From the IMG/VR virus record IMGVR_UViG_3300035670_000145, positions 9,811 to 73,810 of that record: 64,000 nt of DNA; one strand, given 5' to 3'. Source of the DNA: a virus. Each line of letters opens with the position of its first letter. The first letter of the stretch is position 1. The notes beneath the pieces were generated by a model. That model had not been told where the DNA came from and searched no databases. It worked only from the letters and a program-made list of their open reading frames with translations. The translations under genes and the position numbers were made by a program. Shown here piece after piece: positions 35,729-44,631 of this stretch.

Positions 35729-35882
35729 TGATCTTCTCCTCTGACGAGCTCAATGATGGAATAGTTGGTGCCAGCTTGTTGATAAATTGCATGGAGCTGA
35801 TCGCGCTCCTCTTCGGACTGTGCATAGTCTTCGTAGCCTTCGCTGTCCTTGAACAGCCAAACAATGGAAAGAGAAGTCATAG

Positions 35883-36068
35883 TCAGTCTTCAATAATGCG
35901 AAAGTCAAGATCGTTTGTTTTCTTTATCCATCGACATTGATTGAACTGCGGCAGCACGATGAACAGTTTATCGTGGTGATCTTGCTCAACAATGGCAGTG
36001 GTGATGGTGGCGCCGATGCGGCTACGACCTCTGTTGCTGATGGCCAGGATGTTGATGGTGTCTTGCAT
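35883..36068 (-). CDS. Hypothetical early protein
   Basis: 61-aa ORF. Confidence 0.55.
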   Translation of the reverse strand: MQDTINILAISNRGRSRIGATITTAIVEQDHHDKLFIVLPQFNQCRWIKKTNDLDFRIIED

Positions 36069-36389
36069 GGTGGAGCTGGTTGAGAAGTGCTTGTCTGCGG
36101 GCTCTGGCGGCCCTGAGAGCCTGAGGCTTGAGCCTCCGCTTAGGAGGCTTGCCTGAGTTGTGCTGGTGGTTAGGCACTTGCATGACGGAACACTGGTCGT
36201 ATCCAGTGGCGATTAGCAGGGAAGCACTGTTGCATTTCCTGCTGCCAGAGCAGGGCCTCTTCACGATCAGGGCCGGTGAAGCCACACTGGCGGATGGCAC
36301 CATCGGGAGTCTGCTCGAAAAGGCGGAAAAGGACGACGGTTTGCATGGTCTTGAGATCAAGGTGGAGAGCCTCGCGGCCCGTTGAAAGA

Positions 36390-36440
36390 ACAATAGAGCA
36401 GGAGAGGCCCCTGGAAAGGGGCCTGTAACAATGCTTCACA
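36390..36440 (-). promoter_or_regulatory. Early promoter cassette A
   Basis: TGTGAAGCAT-TGTTACA direct repeat, GC hairpin, -10 TATTGT. Confidence 0.75.
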
Positions 36441-36807
36441 CTGCATCAAGCCTTTCCGCTTCGCGCTCTGCCATGTGGCGCTGATTGGCAAGCCAGTTCC
36501 TAAATTCAACCCACGTAGCAGCAGGCACTGTGGCCATCGCCCAAGAGCTCACTGCTTGACGCCTGTCGCAATCTTCATTGCAATAGGAGATAGGAGCTTT
36601 GAGCATGGTCAACTTATGAGCAGCATGCTCGCAAAGATCGATGCCAGCGTGGTAGGAGCTGGGAAGCCATTCTAGAAAGGCCTCGGTAGTGCGCTGATTG
36701 GCGCAGAAAATGTGCGTGAAGAGCTCCTGTAGGTCGAGCATGTAAAGCTCGTGGCTGGTGGCTTTAGCCCAGAAGCCGTGGTCAGGACGATTGAAGGAGA
36801 TGGTCAT
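36436..36807 (-). CDS. Hypothetical early protein
   Basis: ATG at 36807 downstream of cassette B. Confidence 0.6.
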   Translation of the reverse strand: MTISFNRPDHGFWAKATSHELYMLDLQELFTHIFCANQRTTEAFLEWLPSSYHAGIDLCEHAAHKLTMLKAPISYCNEDCDRRQAVSSWAMATVPAATWVEFRNWLANQRHMAEREAERLDAV

Positions 36808-36848
36808 GGCTTGGAGAGTGGTGGAAGCTCGCGCCTCCGAACAAAGGA

Positions 36849-36899
36849 AGAATAGAGCAAAAAGGGGCTGTTGCCAGCCCATGAATCATTGGCTTCACA
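36849..36899 (-). promoter_or_regulatory. Early promoter cassette B
   Basis: TGTGAAG half-site, GC hairpin, -10 TATTCT at the same spacing. Confidence 0.7.
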
Positions 36900-36910
36900 A
36901 ATCGTTGCAA

Positions 36911-37048
36911 TCAGCGCCGTTGATCACAAATGCCGGCCAGCATTTCGCCCACGTGGGCATGGGCAGCACGAAGCTGGTCAAAGGCTTGATCGCGCTCCTT
37001 GCGGGCCTGGTAGTAGGCATCAGGGCCCTGAGGGTAGAAGTCGCGGCC
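36911..37048 (-). pseudogene. Orphaned original 3' half of gene 37569..37826
   Basis: Reads GRDFYPQGPDAYYQARKERDQAFDQLRAAHAHVGEMLAGICDQRR*; 30/44 identical to the upstream gene's C-half; no start codon. Confidence 0.9.
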
Positions 37049-37533
37049 TATATGTGTTGCCATATTTTGCGTAAAACAATTTGACTTATCAACGGCTGTG
37101 TTACATTAAATTTTCTCGCCAAAGTATTCGTCGATTCACCACCCGCCGCGTACAATTCTCTTATTTTTAGCACTTCTTTTTCTGTTAATTTTGCCTTGCA
37201 ATTTCTTTCACCTTTGGCGCTAGCAAAGATACGTCTTCCTCTTTCGACCATGTCATTGTAATTATCTTGGTCCGTGCCAAGTTCCAAGTGAAAAGGATTA
37301 CAGCAAGAAGGGTTGTCACACTTATGGCGCACCAGCATGCCAGTTGGTATTTCTCCAAAGGCAAATTCCCATGCTGCGCGGTGAGCCAGCATCTGTCTTT
37401 TGTTGACCGTGATTCTTCCATATCCAGACTTGAGTCTTGACTTGGACTTCCATTCCCAGCAAAGATCTACCGGCGCTTCGGTAACGCTTCCCCAAAGGCG
37501 CTGCCATGCCGGCACTTTATTCCATTGTGTCAT
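37048..37533 (-). mobile_element. HNH homing endonuclease
   Basis: CWEW....GYG...AHR......H.CDNP.C.NP.HL..GT...N motif plus C-terminal HTH; AT-richer than flanks. Confidence 0.9.
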
Positions 37534-37568
37534 GGGTTAAAAATCAACGACTGAGAGAGTCTAGCAAC

Positions 37569-37826
37569 TCATTGCTGGTTGCAGATACCTATCAGAACTT
37601 CTTCCACATATTTGTGGGCAGAGCGGAGACTGTCAAAAGCAGCTTGCCTTTCTTGGCGATGCTGGTAAAAAGCATCTGGACCTTGTGGATAAAAATCCCG
37701 ACCATTTGACTCGGCAGCGGCTAGAGCATCAATCGCCTTGTCAATGGCATCGTACGCAGCAGCGTAACCATCGCGCAGGTCGGTGAAGCCGGTGCCGTTG
37801 AGATGGATGGTGGGGATGGTTGCCAT
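37569..37826 (-). CDS. Early protein with swapped, recoded C-terminal half
   Basis: MATIPTIHLNGT...NGRDFYPQG; codon style changes near 37703. Confidence 0.75.
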   Translation of the reverse strand: MATIPTIHLNGTGFTDLRDGYAAAYDAIDKAIDALAAAESNGRDFYPQGPDAFYQHRQERQAAFDSLRSAHKYVEEVLIGICNQQ

Positions 37827-37864
37827 GGGAAAGAAAGGAAAGGGCGTTGCCGCCGGACAAAGGA

Positions 37865-37914
37865 ACAATACAGGCAAGAGGGGCCGAAACCCCTGCTTGT
37901 CACAAAGCTTCACA
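37865..37914 (-). promoter_or_regulatory. Early promoter cassette C
   Basis: TGTGAAGCTT-TGTGACA, GC hairpin, TATTGT. Confidence 0.75.
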
Positions 37915-38166
37915 AACAGCGTCAATCAGTTTCTTCTGTGCCACTCGCTTGCCATTAACCTTCCAAATCGTGGTGCTACTCCAGCGACCACGGCCCATGC
38001 ACCGAGGCACAATCCAGCAAGCTATTTCCTTTCCATTAAATTCTCCAGAAGCAAAACCTCCAGCGCTGCTTCCATTTTTGCAGCTCTGAGAAAATGCTTG
38101 GTCATAAAGCTTGCCAGTGAAGACAGTGGCGTCAGAAACAAGAAATAGAGCGTCCATGGTGATCAA
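37900..38166 (-). CDS. Hypothetical early protein
   Basis: 88-aa ORF. Confidence 0.55.
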   Translation of the reverse strand: MITMDALFLVSDATVFTGKLYDQAFSQSCKNGSSAGGFASGEFNGKEIACWIVPRCMGRGRWSSTTIWKVNGKRVAQKKLIDAVCEAL

Positions 38167-38402
38167 ACGTTGATGATGTTGTTGAAATACTGTTCAGCTT
38201 CCCACTTGTGATCGAACAGGCCGTAGGAAGTGTCGTGAATAGAAAGCTCAGTCAAGCGCTCCCAGCCATAGGCTTCCCATTTGACGGTGCCATCGGCACA
38301 GTGGAATTTGCGCACGCCATAGCCAGAATGCTGGGCTTGGCGGTCGGCTTCGAGCTTGGCGAGGTAAGGGCTCTCGCGGTGGCCTTCGATGGTGCGGTGC
38401 AT
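38163..38402 (-). CDS. Hypothetical early protein
   Basis: ATG at 38402 downstream of cassette D. Confidence 0.6.
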   Translation of the reverse strand: MHRTIEGHRESPYLAKLEADRQAQHSGYGVRKFHCADGTVKWEAYGWERLTELSIHDTSYGLFDHKWEAEQYFNNIINV

Positions 38403-38437
38403 GACTTTGGTGACGGTGGGCTCGCGCCCGTGATAGA

Positions 38438-38488
38438 ACAATAGAGGCAGGAGGGGCCTGGTCAGCCCCTCCGCAACAATTGTTTACA
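38438..38488 (-). promoter_or_regulatory. Early promoter cassette D
   Basis: TGTAAACAAT-TGTTGCG, GC hairpin, TATTGT. Confidence 0.7.
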
Positions 38489-38665
38489 AACGGTTCGGGC
38501 CTTGCATGCCCTGCACCACCATGAAGCTCTTAGTGGTGAACACGGCTTTGAGGCTTCGAGCCTGTCGTTCGAGGGCATTGCGGTCAGGACTGGAATCAAG
38601 CATGGTCCAATCCATGCCTGACTCTGCCCATAGGCTCCAAACGTCGCGATCAAGAACTGCCATGA

Positions 38666-39253
38666 TCAGTCCCTCACCATGACGGGCAACAGCAAGAACT
38701 GAAGCTCAGTGTCTCCTAGGCTTGTAGTGAGCAGCAGTGGCGAAGTGGAAGATTCTCCCATTCGCACCTTGATATTGACAGAATCTGCAAGCTTTGCGCT
38801 GATGTCGCAAATGGTGCGCATGTATTCGCTGTTGAGCACTATGGGCTTGGCCGGAGCATTTGCCATGCTGGCCGGATCTGGCCAGAGACTATCAAAGTGA
38901 GAAGGAAATTCACCCCTGTTGTCACCTACGCAGGGGCGAGCTTCTAGCAAGTCCATCACGCCTTCTTTCTTTCCTCCATAGAACCTTGATTCTCCATTGT
39001 TGATGATTGCCTTTTGTGCATAGGCCACTTTCTTTTTGAAGGTTTTTGCTGGTATCAATGCTTCTGGGCTTTGCATGAAACAAAGAGGACCAAATGGCAC
39101 CAGGCAGCGAAAAGCGAAGTGGCCATTAGTGGCGGCAATGCGCATGCCACGAGGAGTGCTTTTCAAGTGGATGTCAGTAATGGCACCTTTGTAGGCGTCA
39201 GGATGGACAAATTGTGCTGCGATGTGCAGCAGGATTGCAGGAGCTTCGATCAT
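38666..39253 (-). CDS. Beta-clamp-like domain protein
   Basis: I.ATNGH, G.FP, N..Y and terminal L.PV patterns of partial DnaN-like phage proteins. Confidence 0.6.
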   Translation of the reverse strand: MIEAPAILLHIAAQFVHPDAYKGAITDIHLKSTPRGMRIAATNGHFAFRCLVPFGPLCFMQSPEALIPAKTFKKKVAYAQKAIINNGESRFYGGKKEGVMDLLEARPCVGDNRGEFPSHFDSLWPDPASMANAPAKPIVLNSEYMRTICDISAKLADSVNIKVRMGESSTSPLLLTTSLGDTELQFLLLPVMVRD

Positions 39254-39288
39254 GATGATTGCAATGGAGGGGAAGGGAAAGGAAAAAG

Positions 39289-39567
39289 TCAGAACACCAG
39301 CTCTTTGCCATTGGCCTTGATGCTCACCACGCGCTCGCAATCAAACGAGCGCCAGGCACCTTGTCCTTCGTTGCGGGCGATGGAGAAATCACGACAGCGG
39401 ATGATGCTCACCTTGCGAGAAGGAGTGCCAGTGCCCTTAATTTCTTTGGTGTCGCGAGGGTTAAACTGCAGCTTGCGCACGGTGCCATCGGCTTTTATGA
39501 ACTGCACGCTGACGATGCTGCTGCCAGCTTCAAAGATGAATTTCTTGATGAAGGAGGTTTTGTCCAT
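39289..39567 (-). CDS. SH3/WYL-like protein (DUF2693-like)
   Basis: V.F.KADGT.R ... WRSF...V motifs. Confidence 0.7.
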   Translation of the reverse strand: MDKTSFIKKFIFEAGSSIVSVQFIKADGTVRKLQFNPRDTKEIKGTGTPSRKVSIIRCRDFSIARNEGQGAWRSFDCERVVSIKANGKELVF

Positions 39568-39601
39568 GGGAGAGGAGGAAGTGGGCTCGCGCCCTTGATG
39601 A

Positions 39602-39832
39602 CTATGATTGCTGGTCTGAGGCCTTTTGTGAAGCCCTTCGGGCATTAGCGTTGCTTATGGCCTTGTGCATGTCCTTTTCGGCATTGCGCAGGGCGCGATC
39701 ATCGCTTACGCTCTGTGGCGCCACGAACGTGGCCCCGTTTGGATGCTTGAAAACGAAGTGGCGCTTGGTGCGGGCGAGAATGAAGCCTAGGCTTGTGGCC
39801 ATGGCGACAATGCGCTTGTTTGCTTCTTTCAT
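39602..39832 (-). CDS. HicA-like protein
   Basis: GF...R...H..F.HP.G......S.SD.R pattern. Confidence 0.6.
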   Translation of the reverse strand: MKEANKRIVAMATSLGFILARTKRHFVFKHPNGATFVAPQSVSDDRALRNAEKDMHKAISNANARRASQKASDQQS

Positions 39833-40126
39833 TGGCCTAGGTGCGTGATGGCGCAATAGCGCTGCGGGTGAAGCTGCGTGCAAGCCTGATAGGCCTGACG
39901 ATCAGGCTTGGGGAGAGGCTCGGTCACATGGGACCACGCCAAGGCAGTCAGCATGGCTGAGAGCGATGCTAGGGCTAGAAGGTTCTGCATGAAAGAGAGG
40001 CGAACCAGCTCACAATACCGAGCCAGCCCGCCCCTGAAAATGCTTTGTTGCTTTTTGCAATACAAGGTCAGCCGGCAAAAGAAAAGCGCCCCTCGCGGAG
40101 CGCTCGTGGATTCTCGTTCTTCGGCA

Positions 40127-40489
40127 TCATGCCCTGGCGTAGCAGAGCCGCGCAACTCCTTGTGAGGGATTGGCCACGCGAGCAAAAGCACCGTAGGAAA
40201 GATCAAGAATGCGATCGCCATACCAAGGGCCTCGGTCGGTCACCCTCACCACCACTGACTTTCCATTGCGGGGATTGACGATGCGCAGGCGGGTGCCGAG
40301 GGGGAGCGATGGAGAAGCAACGGTGAGGCCGTAGGCATCGAAACGGCTACCATCAGCAGCTCTCTGGCCGTCGTAGCCATCTCCAATGCCATAGTGCGAA
40401 ACCAAGCCGCACGACGATCCAGCCTCCGCAGCGAATGGCACCAAAGCACCAAGGGCGACGGAAGCAGCAGAGAGAAAACGAAAAAGCAT
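40127..40489 (-). CDS. RlpA-like double-psi beta-barrel lytic transglycosylase
   Basis: Signal peptide; S.YG, LP.GT, V.VRV.DRGP....R.LDLS..AF. Confidence 0.9.
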   Translation of the reverse strand: MLFRFLSAASVALGALVPFAAEAGSSCGLVSHYGIGDGYDGQRAADGSRFDAYGLTVASPSLPLGTRLRIVNPRNGKSVVVRVTDRGPWYGDRILDLSYGAFARVANPSQGVARLCYARA

Positions 40490-40602
40490 CAGGAAGAGAA
40501 AGTAAGTAGCAGGGACCAGGGAGTCGCCTCCTGGCAGCCCTTACTGTACCAAAGTCGTCAAGCCTTTGTGCCGGGCGACAGTGAAGGTGCTATGCTTTGC
40601 AA

Positions 40603-40793
40603 GCTTGAGTTGGTCCTGAGCGAAAGCTCCGTCGTTGACGCCGTAAGGGTGGACGCTTCAGAACAGTGGGTGACTTCGCGAGAACCACCAAGGCAATGCA
40701 TGGGCCTGTAGGGCACTGTTCCCCTTTGTTGAGGGACCATGGAGCATCGGAAGCTCAAGCAGCGGGAAGGGGGAGCGAAAGCTCCCCTTTTCT
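40603..40793 (+). ncRNA. Multi-stem structured ncRNA with own promoter and terminator
   Basis: -10 TATGCT at 40591; closing stem 40603-11/40752-60; GAACAGTG/CACTGTTC; three GNRA loops; terminator 40767-40793. Confidence 0.75.
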
Positions 40794-41012
40794 ATTGCTT
40801 TGCAGGAGCAATAGGTGTTTTATCCGGCAGTGATAATTGCACTAAAAAGCGCCCCTTAATGGCGCTGTTGATTGCTGCTAGTCCAGGACGTATCGCCTGG
40901 TATGGGCTCCATACCAAATTCCCAATCGTCATAGTCAGGAGAGTTGCGCAGAGCCGCCTTTTCTTGCATTGAAAGGCCGCCTTTTCCTGCATTGGAAAGA
41001 CGGCCCTCTTGT

Positions 41013-41345
41013 TCAGAACTGGTATGGTTCGCTGCTGATTGCCACTGCATAAGCTTCAAGGTAAGCCATGAGATCATCTTCGGACGGAGCATCAGTTTGA
41101 ATTTCATCGTGCTGTTGCTTGTGCTTTGAGAGAGCTCCTTTGAGGCTGAAATAGAGCCTTTCCATCACAAGACGGTTGGCCATGTTTTCCTCGCGAAGCA
41201 TGGTCTCTTCCAATGTAGTGAGCCATTCTTCAAGGTCTTTAATGCGGAAGCTCCATGCAACGACAGGGTGGTTGCCGTTCATCACCAAAGAATTGCTCTT
41301 GGTGAAAGCAGAGGTGCCAAGCGAGTCGCGGTAGATGGTTGCCAT
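41013..41345 (-). CDS. Hypothetical protein
   Basis: 110-aa ORF with upstream TTGACG. Confidence 0.6.
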   Translation of the reverse strand: MATIYRDSLGTSAFTKSNSLVMNGNHPVVAWSFRIKDLEEWLTTLEETMLREENMANRLVMERLYFSLKGALSKHKQQHDEIQTDAPSEDDLMAYLEAYAVAISSEPYQF

Positions 41346-41416
41346 GGGAAGAAGAAAGGATTGATCGCCTGCTTAGTGTGCCGCTGTCCTCAGACCTTCG
41401 TCAAGCCTTCTGGCCA

Positions 41417-41782
41417 TTAGCGCTGCTTATCGTTGGTTTTCCATGCCATCGCTAGCATTCTTCCTTTGCCTACCGGCCTCAGCACCACATGCCTCCCTGC
41501 CCTGACAATCACATTTTGGAAGGCCTGCCGCTTAGCTTTGTTCAATGGTTCAAGAGGCTCTTCTAGCCAGCTCGAGGCCCAGTCAGCCAGTTCCTCAACG
41601 TCGCTTAGCTCAGACGTACGCAGAACGAAATGGCGCCCTTGCTGGGCCATCTTTTTCCATGCAGGATGCACCAGCGGCTCTTCTGCGGCCACGTATTCAG
41701 CTTCTTGCTTCAGGATGGGCGGAATGCAAATGGTGACCATGGGAGGCATGATTAGCGCAGGGGCTGGGGAGGTCATCGTCAA
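41417..41782 (-). CDS. Hypothetical protein
   Basis: 121-aa ORF. Confidence 0.55.
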   Translation of the reverse strand: MTMTSPAPALIMPPMVTICIPPILKQEAEYVAAEEPLVHPAWKKMAQQGRHFVLRTSELSDVEELADWASSWLEEPLEPLNKAKRQAFQNVIVRAGRHVVLRPVGKGRMLAMAWKTNDKQR

Positions 41783-41915
41783 AGCAAAGCAACAACAAAA
41801 GCAATGGGAAGAGAAATTGTTTGATAGGCAAGCGATCGAGCCTGGTTCTCGTTATAAGCCAAAAGGCACAGTTGCAAACCATTCTCAAAAGTAATCTTAT
41901 AAGGGCCTAGCCAAC

Positions 41916-42380
41916 TCATGATTCCCCTCCATTGAAAATATCTTCTACGCTACGGCCGCTTTCTTCAATTTGTTCAAGCACTGCCTGATTGATTTGCTTC
42001 TTCAGCACGTTTCGATAGTCCTCGTCTCCGCCAAACGACCCAATGTCTGAGAGAATGCGAAGTGCGGTGGTAATTTTTGATAAGTCGCTCATGGTAAGCA
42101 TGGCTTCTGCATAGCCATCATTGGCCAAATGCTCTTCAAGCATTTCTTGATGAGTGGAGGCCCATTTGCCAATGGCCACCATGCCCACTTGCTTTAAGGC
42201 TTCATCACCAAACTGTTCGTATAAATCTTCCAGGGCTGCTGCCATAGCCGGAGGCATGGCATAGGTGGATGGATCGTCAAGGAAAGGCTCGAGGTGTTCG
42301 TTAATGGCTTCCCTTTGCTTAGCCTTTGCGCCCTGCGCTTTGCGCAAGAAATCGCCAACGGAACCAAGCGAAAAATCCAT
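41916..42380 (-). CDS. Hypothetical protein
   Basis: 154-aa helical acidic ORF. Confidence 0.65.
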   Translation of the reverse strand: MDFSLGSVGDFLRKAQGAKAKQREAINEHLEPFLDDPSTYAMPPAMAAALEDLYEQFGDEALKQVGMVAIGKWASTHQEMLEEHLANDGYAEAMLTMSDLSKITTALRILSDIGSFGGDEDYRNVLKKQINQAVLEQIEESGRSVEDIFNGGES

Positions 42381-42460
42381 GGAAGAAAAGCAACAACACT
42401 AGCCTGACGACAAGCGAAGCTATTGTCAAGCCTTTAGAAGCTTAAGACAATGGAAGAAGA

Positions 42461-43201
42461 CTAAGGGGAATCATCTTCGGGCATGGTCAGCATTGGCCTG
42501 CTGTTGCCGGTGGGTTCGCCGTCGTCGTCAAACTCAGGCTCCACTTCTGCTTTTGCATCAATGGCAGAAGCTCTGAGTTCGGAATTGCTCTCAGCTTCTT
42601 TGATCTTTTTTACTTCCTTGGTGAGCGTATCCAGGAAGTTCTTGTAGCCGCTCTTTTCTGCCGTTTGAGGCTTGATGTCGAACAGGCCAATGAGCTTTGC
42701 TTGCTGTTCCAGACAACTGCGTGCAATGCCTAAGAAACCGCTTTCACCAGCGCTCTCCTCAATGCGCACAATTGTTTCGTCTTTGCTTTCGTTGTAAGTG
42801 GTGACTTTCTTGCGCTTGCTTTGCTCGAACGATTCCAGGGCTTTGTTCTTTAACTCGTCCTGTTCCTGCACCAGCCGTGCCCGCCAAGTGTCCTGGCTCT
42901 TCAGGATTTCATGAGTCCAGATTTGACGATTATGAATGCGATCGGAACTGACGGTCTCTTTTGACAGCAGCAACGCTTCAGCGATTTGCTTATTGCTCAT
43001 GCGAGCTGCAAGCAGCTCCTGCACCATGTAGCGCCGCTGTCCAGTGAGGTCTTTGTCGTAAGGGATTTTGCCAGGGCCTAGCCCCACTTTATTGCGAATG
43101 CGATCAATTTGCTCTGGTGTAAATCCTGCCTCTACAAGCACTTTCGTTGCATATTGCAACTGCTCTTCTTTAGAAGCAAAAGAAATCTCAGGAAGAGGCA
43201 T
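42461..43201 (-). CDS. HTH protein, candidate terminase small subunit
   Basis: N-terminal HTH (MSNKQIAEAL.LSKETVSSD) and G...FL......EQ.AKL.GL oligomerisation-type motif. Confidence 0.55.
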   Translation of the reverse strand: MPLPEISFASKEEQLQYATKVLVEAGFTPEQIDRIRNKVGLGPGKIPYDKDLTGQRRYMVQELLAARMSNKQIAEALLLSKETVSSDRIHNRQIWTHEILKSQDTWRARLVQEQDELKNKALESFEQSKRKKVTTYNESKDETIVRIEESAGESGFLGIARSCLEQQAKLIGLFDIKPQTAEKSGYKNFLDTLTKEVKKIKEAESNSELRASAIDAKAEVEPEFDDDGEPTGNSRPMLTMPEDDSP

Positions 43202-43545
43202 GGTCGTTCTTTGTTGGCCTCTATTCTAGAGGGGCATTTCCTTTGCCTATCAGGCTTCTGGCGAACAGGGCCGAAAAGCGCTCAAGCTTTTGTGGTGCCA
43301 CTGACGATGGAGAGGAGCTGATGGCATGAAGCAAACTTTTCATTTCATTCCATTCTTCCTTGGAAAGCAATGGAGAAGGATCAAAAGGAGCGCTCATTGT
43401 GCAACTAAATAGTAAAGAAAAAGAAGGGCTGCAACAATGCCGCCAAACGAAAGGAAGCCAATAATGCCACTAATCAAACCAATCCTAATTTCATGGCTTT
43501 TGATTTTGGCATCAATCATTGCAGCCACCTCTTCTTTGTCCATTG

Positions 43546-43863
43546 TCAAAACACTTCTTTAGGAAGGGTGAAGACAAGGCTTTCTTTAACTGACAAGATA
43601 GAAAAATTCCCCATGTCATCGGCCAGTTTTTTGGCTTCTTTCAAGGCAATTTCCATGCTCCTTATTTCACTCCCATAGTCCTTTCCAGAACGTCGTTGAA
43701 TACGAATGGTGCCATAAGGGCTGTCGCAATTTTCAGAGCCTTCCTCGCGCATTAGCTGGAAGATGTCTGCTTTGCATTGTTCTTCGCGAGCTGAAAGAGC
43801 TTTTTGATTGGTTTTGATTGTTTCCAGCTCTTTCAAGAGATCGAGCATTTCTTGCGAAATCAT
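43546..43863 (-). CDS. Hypothetical coiled-coil protein
   Basis: 105-aa ORF behind a sigma70-type promoter. Confidence 0.6.
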   Translation of the reverse strand: MISQEMLDLLKELETIKTNQKALSAREEQCKADIFQLMREEGSENCDSPYGTIRIQRRSGKDYGSEIRSMEIALKEAKKLADDMGNFSILSVKESLVFTLPKEVF

Positions 43864-43899
43864 AAGCCTGTCTCGTTAAGCAAGATGATGATCGAGCAA

Positions 43900-43928
43900 A
43901 TTATGACAGCCAAGAAGGCGATTGTCAA
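43900..43928 (-). promoter_or_regulatory. Sigma70-type promoter
   Basis: TTGACA-N17-CATAAT. Confidence 0.75.
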
Positions 43929-43933
43929 TGTTG

Positions 43934-44170
43934 TCACGAGGCCTCTCCACTTGCGACAAAATTGCGATTGATGAGAGAGACAATTTCCTCGTAAGTGCTA
44001 CGCCAGTGACGCTCACCGTCTTCGGGATTGCGGGCTCCGTAAAGCATGCGCGATCGTGGTGCAGCACCCCTGTCAGGCATTGAGAAACCATGGTGATGAA
44101 TGGCTTCAATTTTCACTCCCTGGTGTTCGAGCGTGGGGAGCTTGTCAGGAGCGAGAGGAGGCTTAGGCAT
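43934..44170 (-). CDS. Hypothetical protein
   Basis: 78-aa ORF, first leftward gene from the 44.2-44.6 kb divergence. Confidence 0.55.
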   Translation of the reverse strand: MPKPPLAPDKLPTLEHQGVKIEAIHHHGFSMPDRGAAPRSRMLYGARNPEDGERHWRSTYEEIVSLINRNFVASGEAS

Positions 44171-44205
44171 TGTGCCAGTAAAAAGCCTTTGTAGTTTAAG
44201 AGAAG

Positions 44206-44266
44206 ATTGTTGAGAAGAGCGCTATGAAAAAGCTCGCCTGGGGGCTCGCCTGCTCGTACGCGCTCT
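44206..44266 (-). repeat. Inverted copy of the 31.8-kb stem-flanked element
   Basis: Reverse complement has ACGAGCA..AGCCCCCAGGCG..CATA inside an AGAGCGC/GCGCTCT stem, then TCTCAACAA, matching 31825-31864 and 31901-31949. Confidence 0.7.
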
Positions 44267-44631
44267 AGCAAGGGTTACTTAGCAGGATTCTCAATAAACG
44301 ACGCTTATCGAGAATCCAATTATTCCCCTCCATCGCTCTTTCCAGAAGAAGCGCCGCAGGGCTAGTGATGCAGCTCTGCGCGTGGTCATGCCGGCTTGCC
44401 CTAGGCGCGTAGATGCGCATGGTCAAGCCTCCGGACGATTGTAAAACTTGCCGCAAGCTCAAATGTGCCAGTTCAGAAATTGGCACAATGGAAAAGAGCA
44501 TGGTTGACGCTGGTGTACCATGACGAAGTCCTCGGCCATGCCATGCCCATGCTTCGTGACATTTGGCTCATTGCAGCGCTCTACTGGAGCGTCTGTGCTT
44601 TGTTGATTTTTCTTGCTAGTAAAATCCTTCC

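Noticed and set aside
37048-37703. Group I intron around the HNH
   Set aside because: The interval is almost entirely coding, leaving no room for a catalytic core, and the upstream gene is already complete
40950-40997. Short tandem duplication of ATGCA(G/A)GAAAAGGCGGC
   Set aside because: Two copies at the start of a tiny ORF; looks like a local slippage event with no further support
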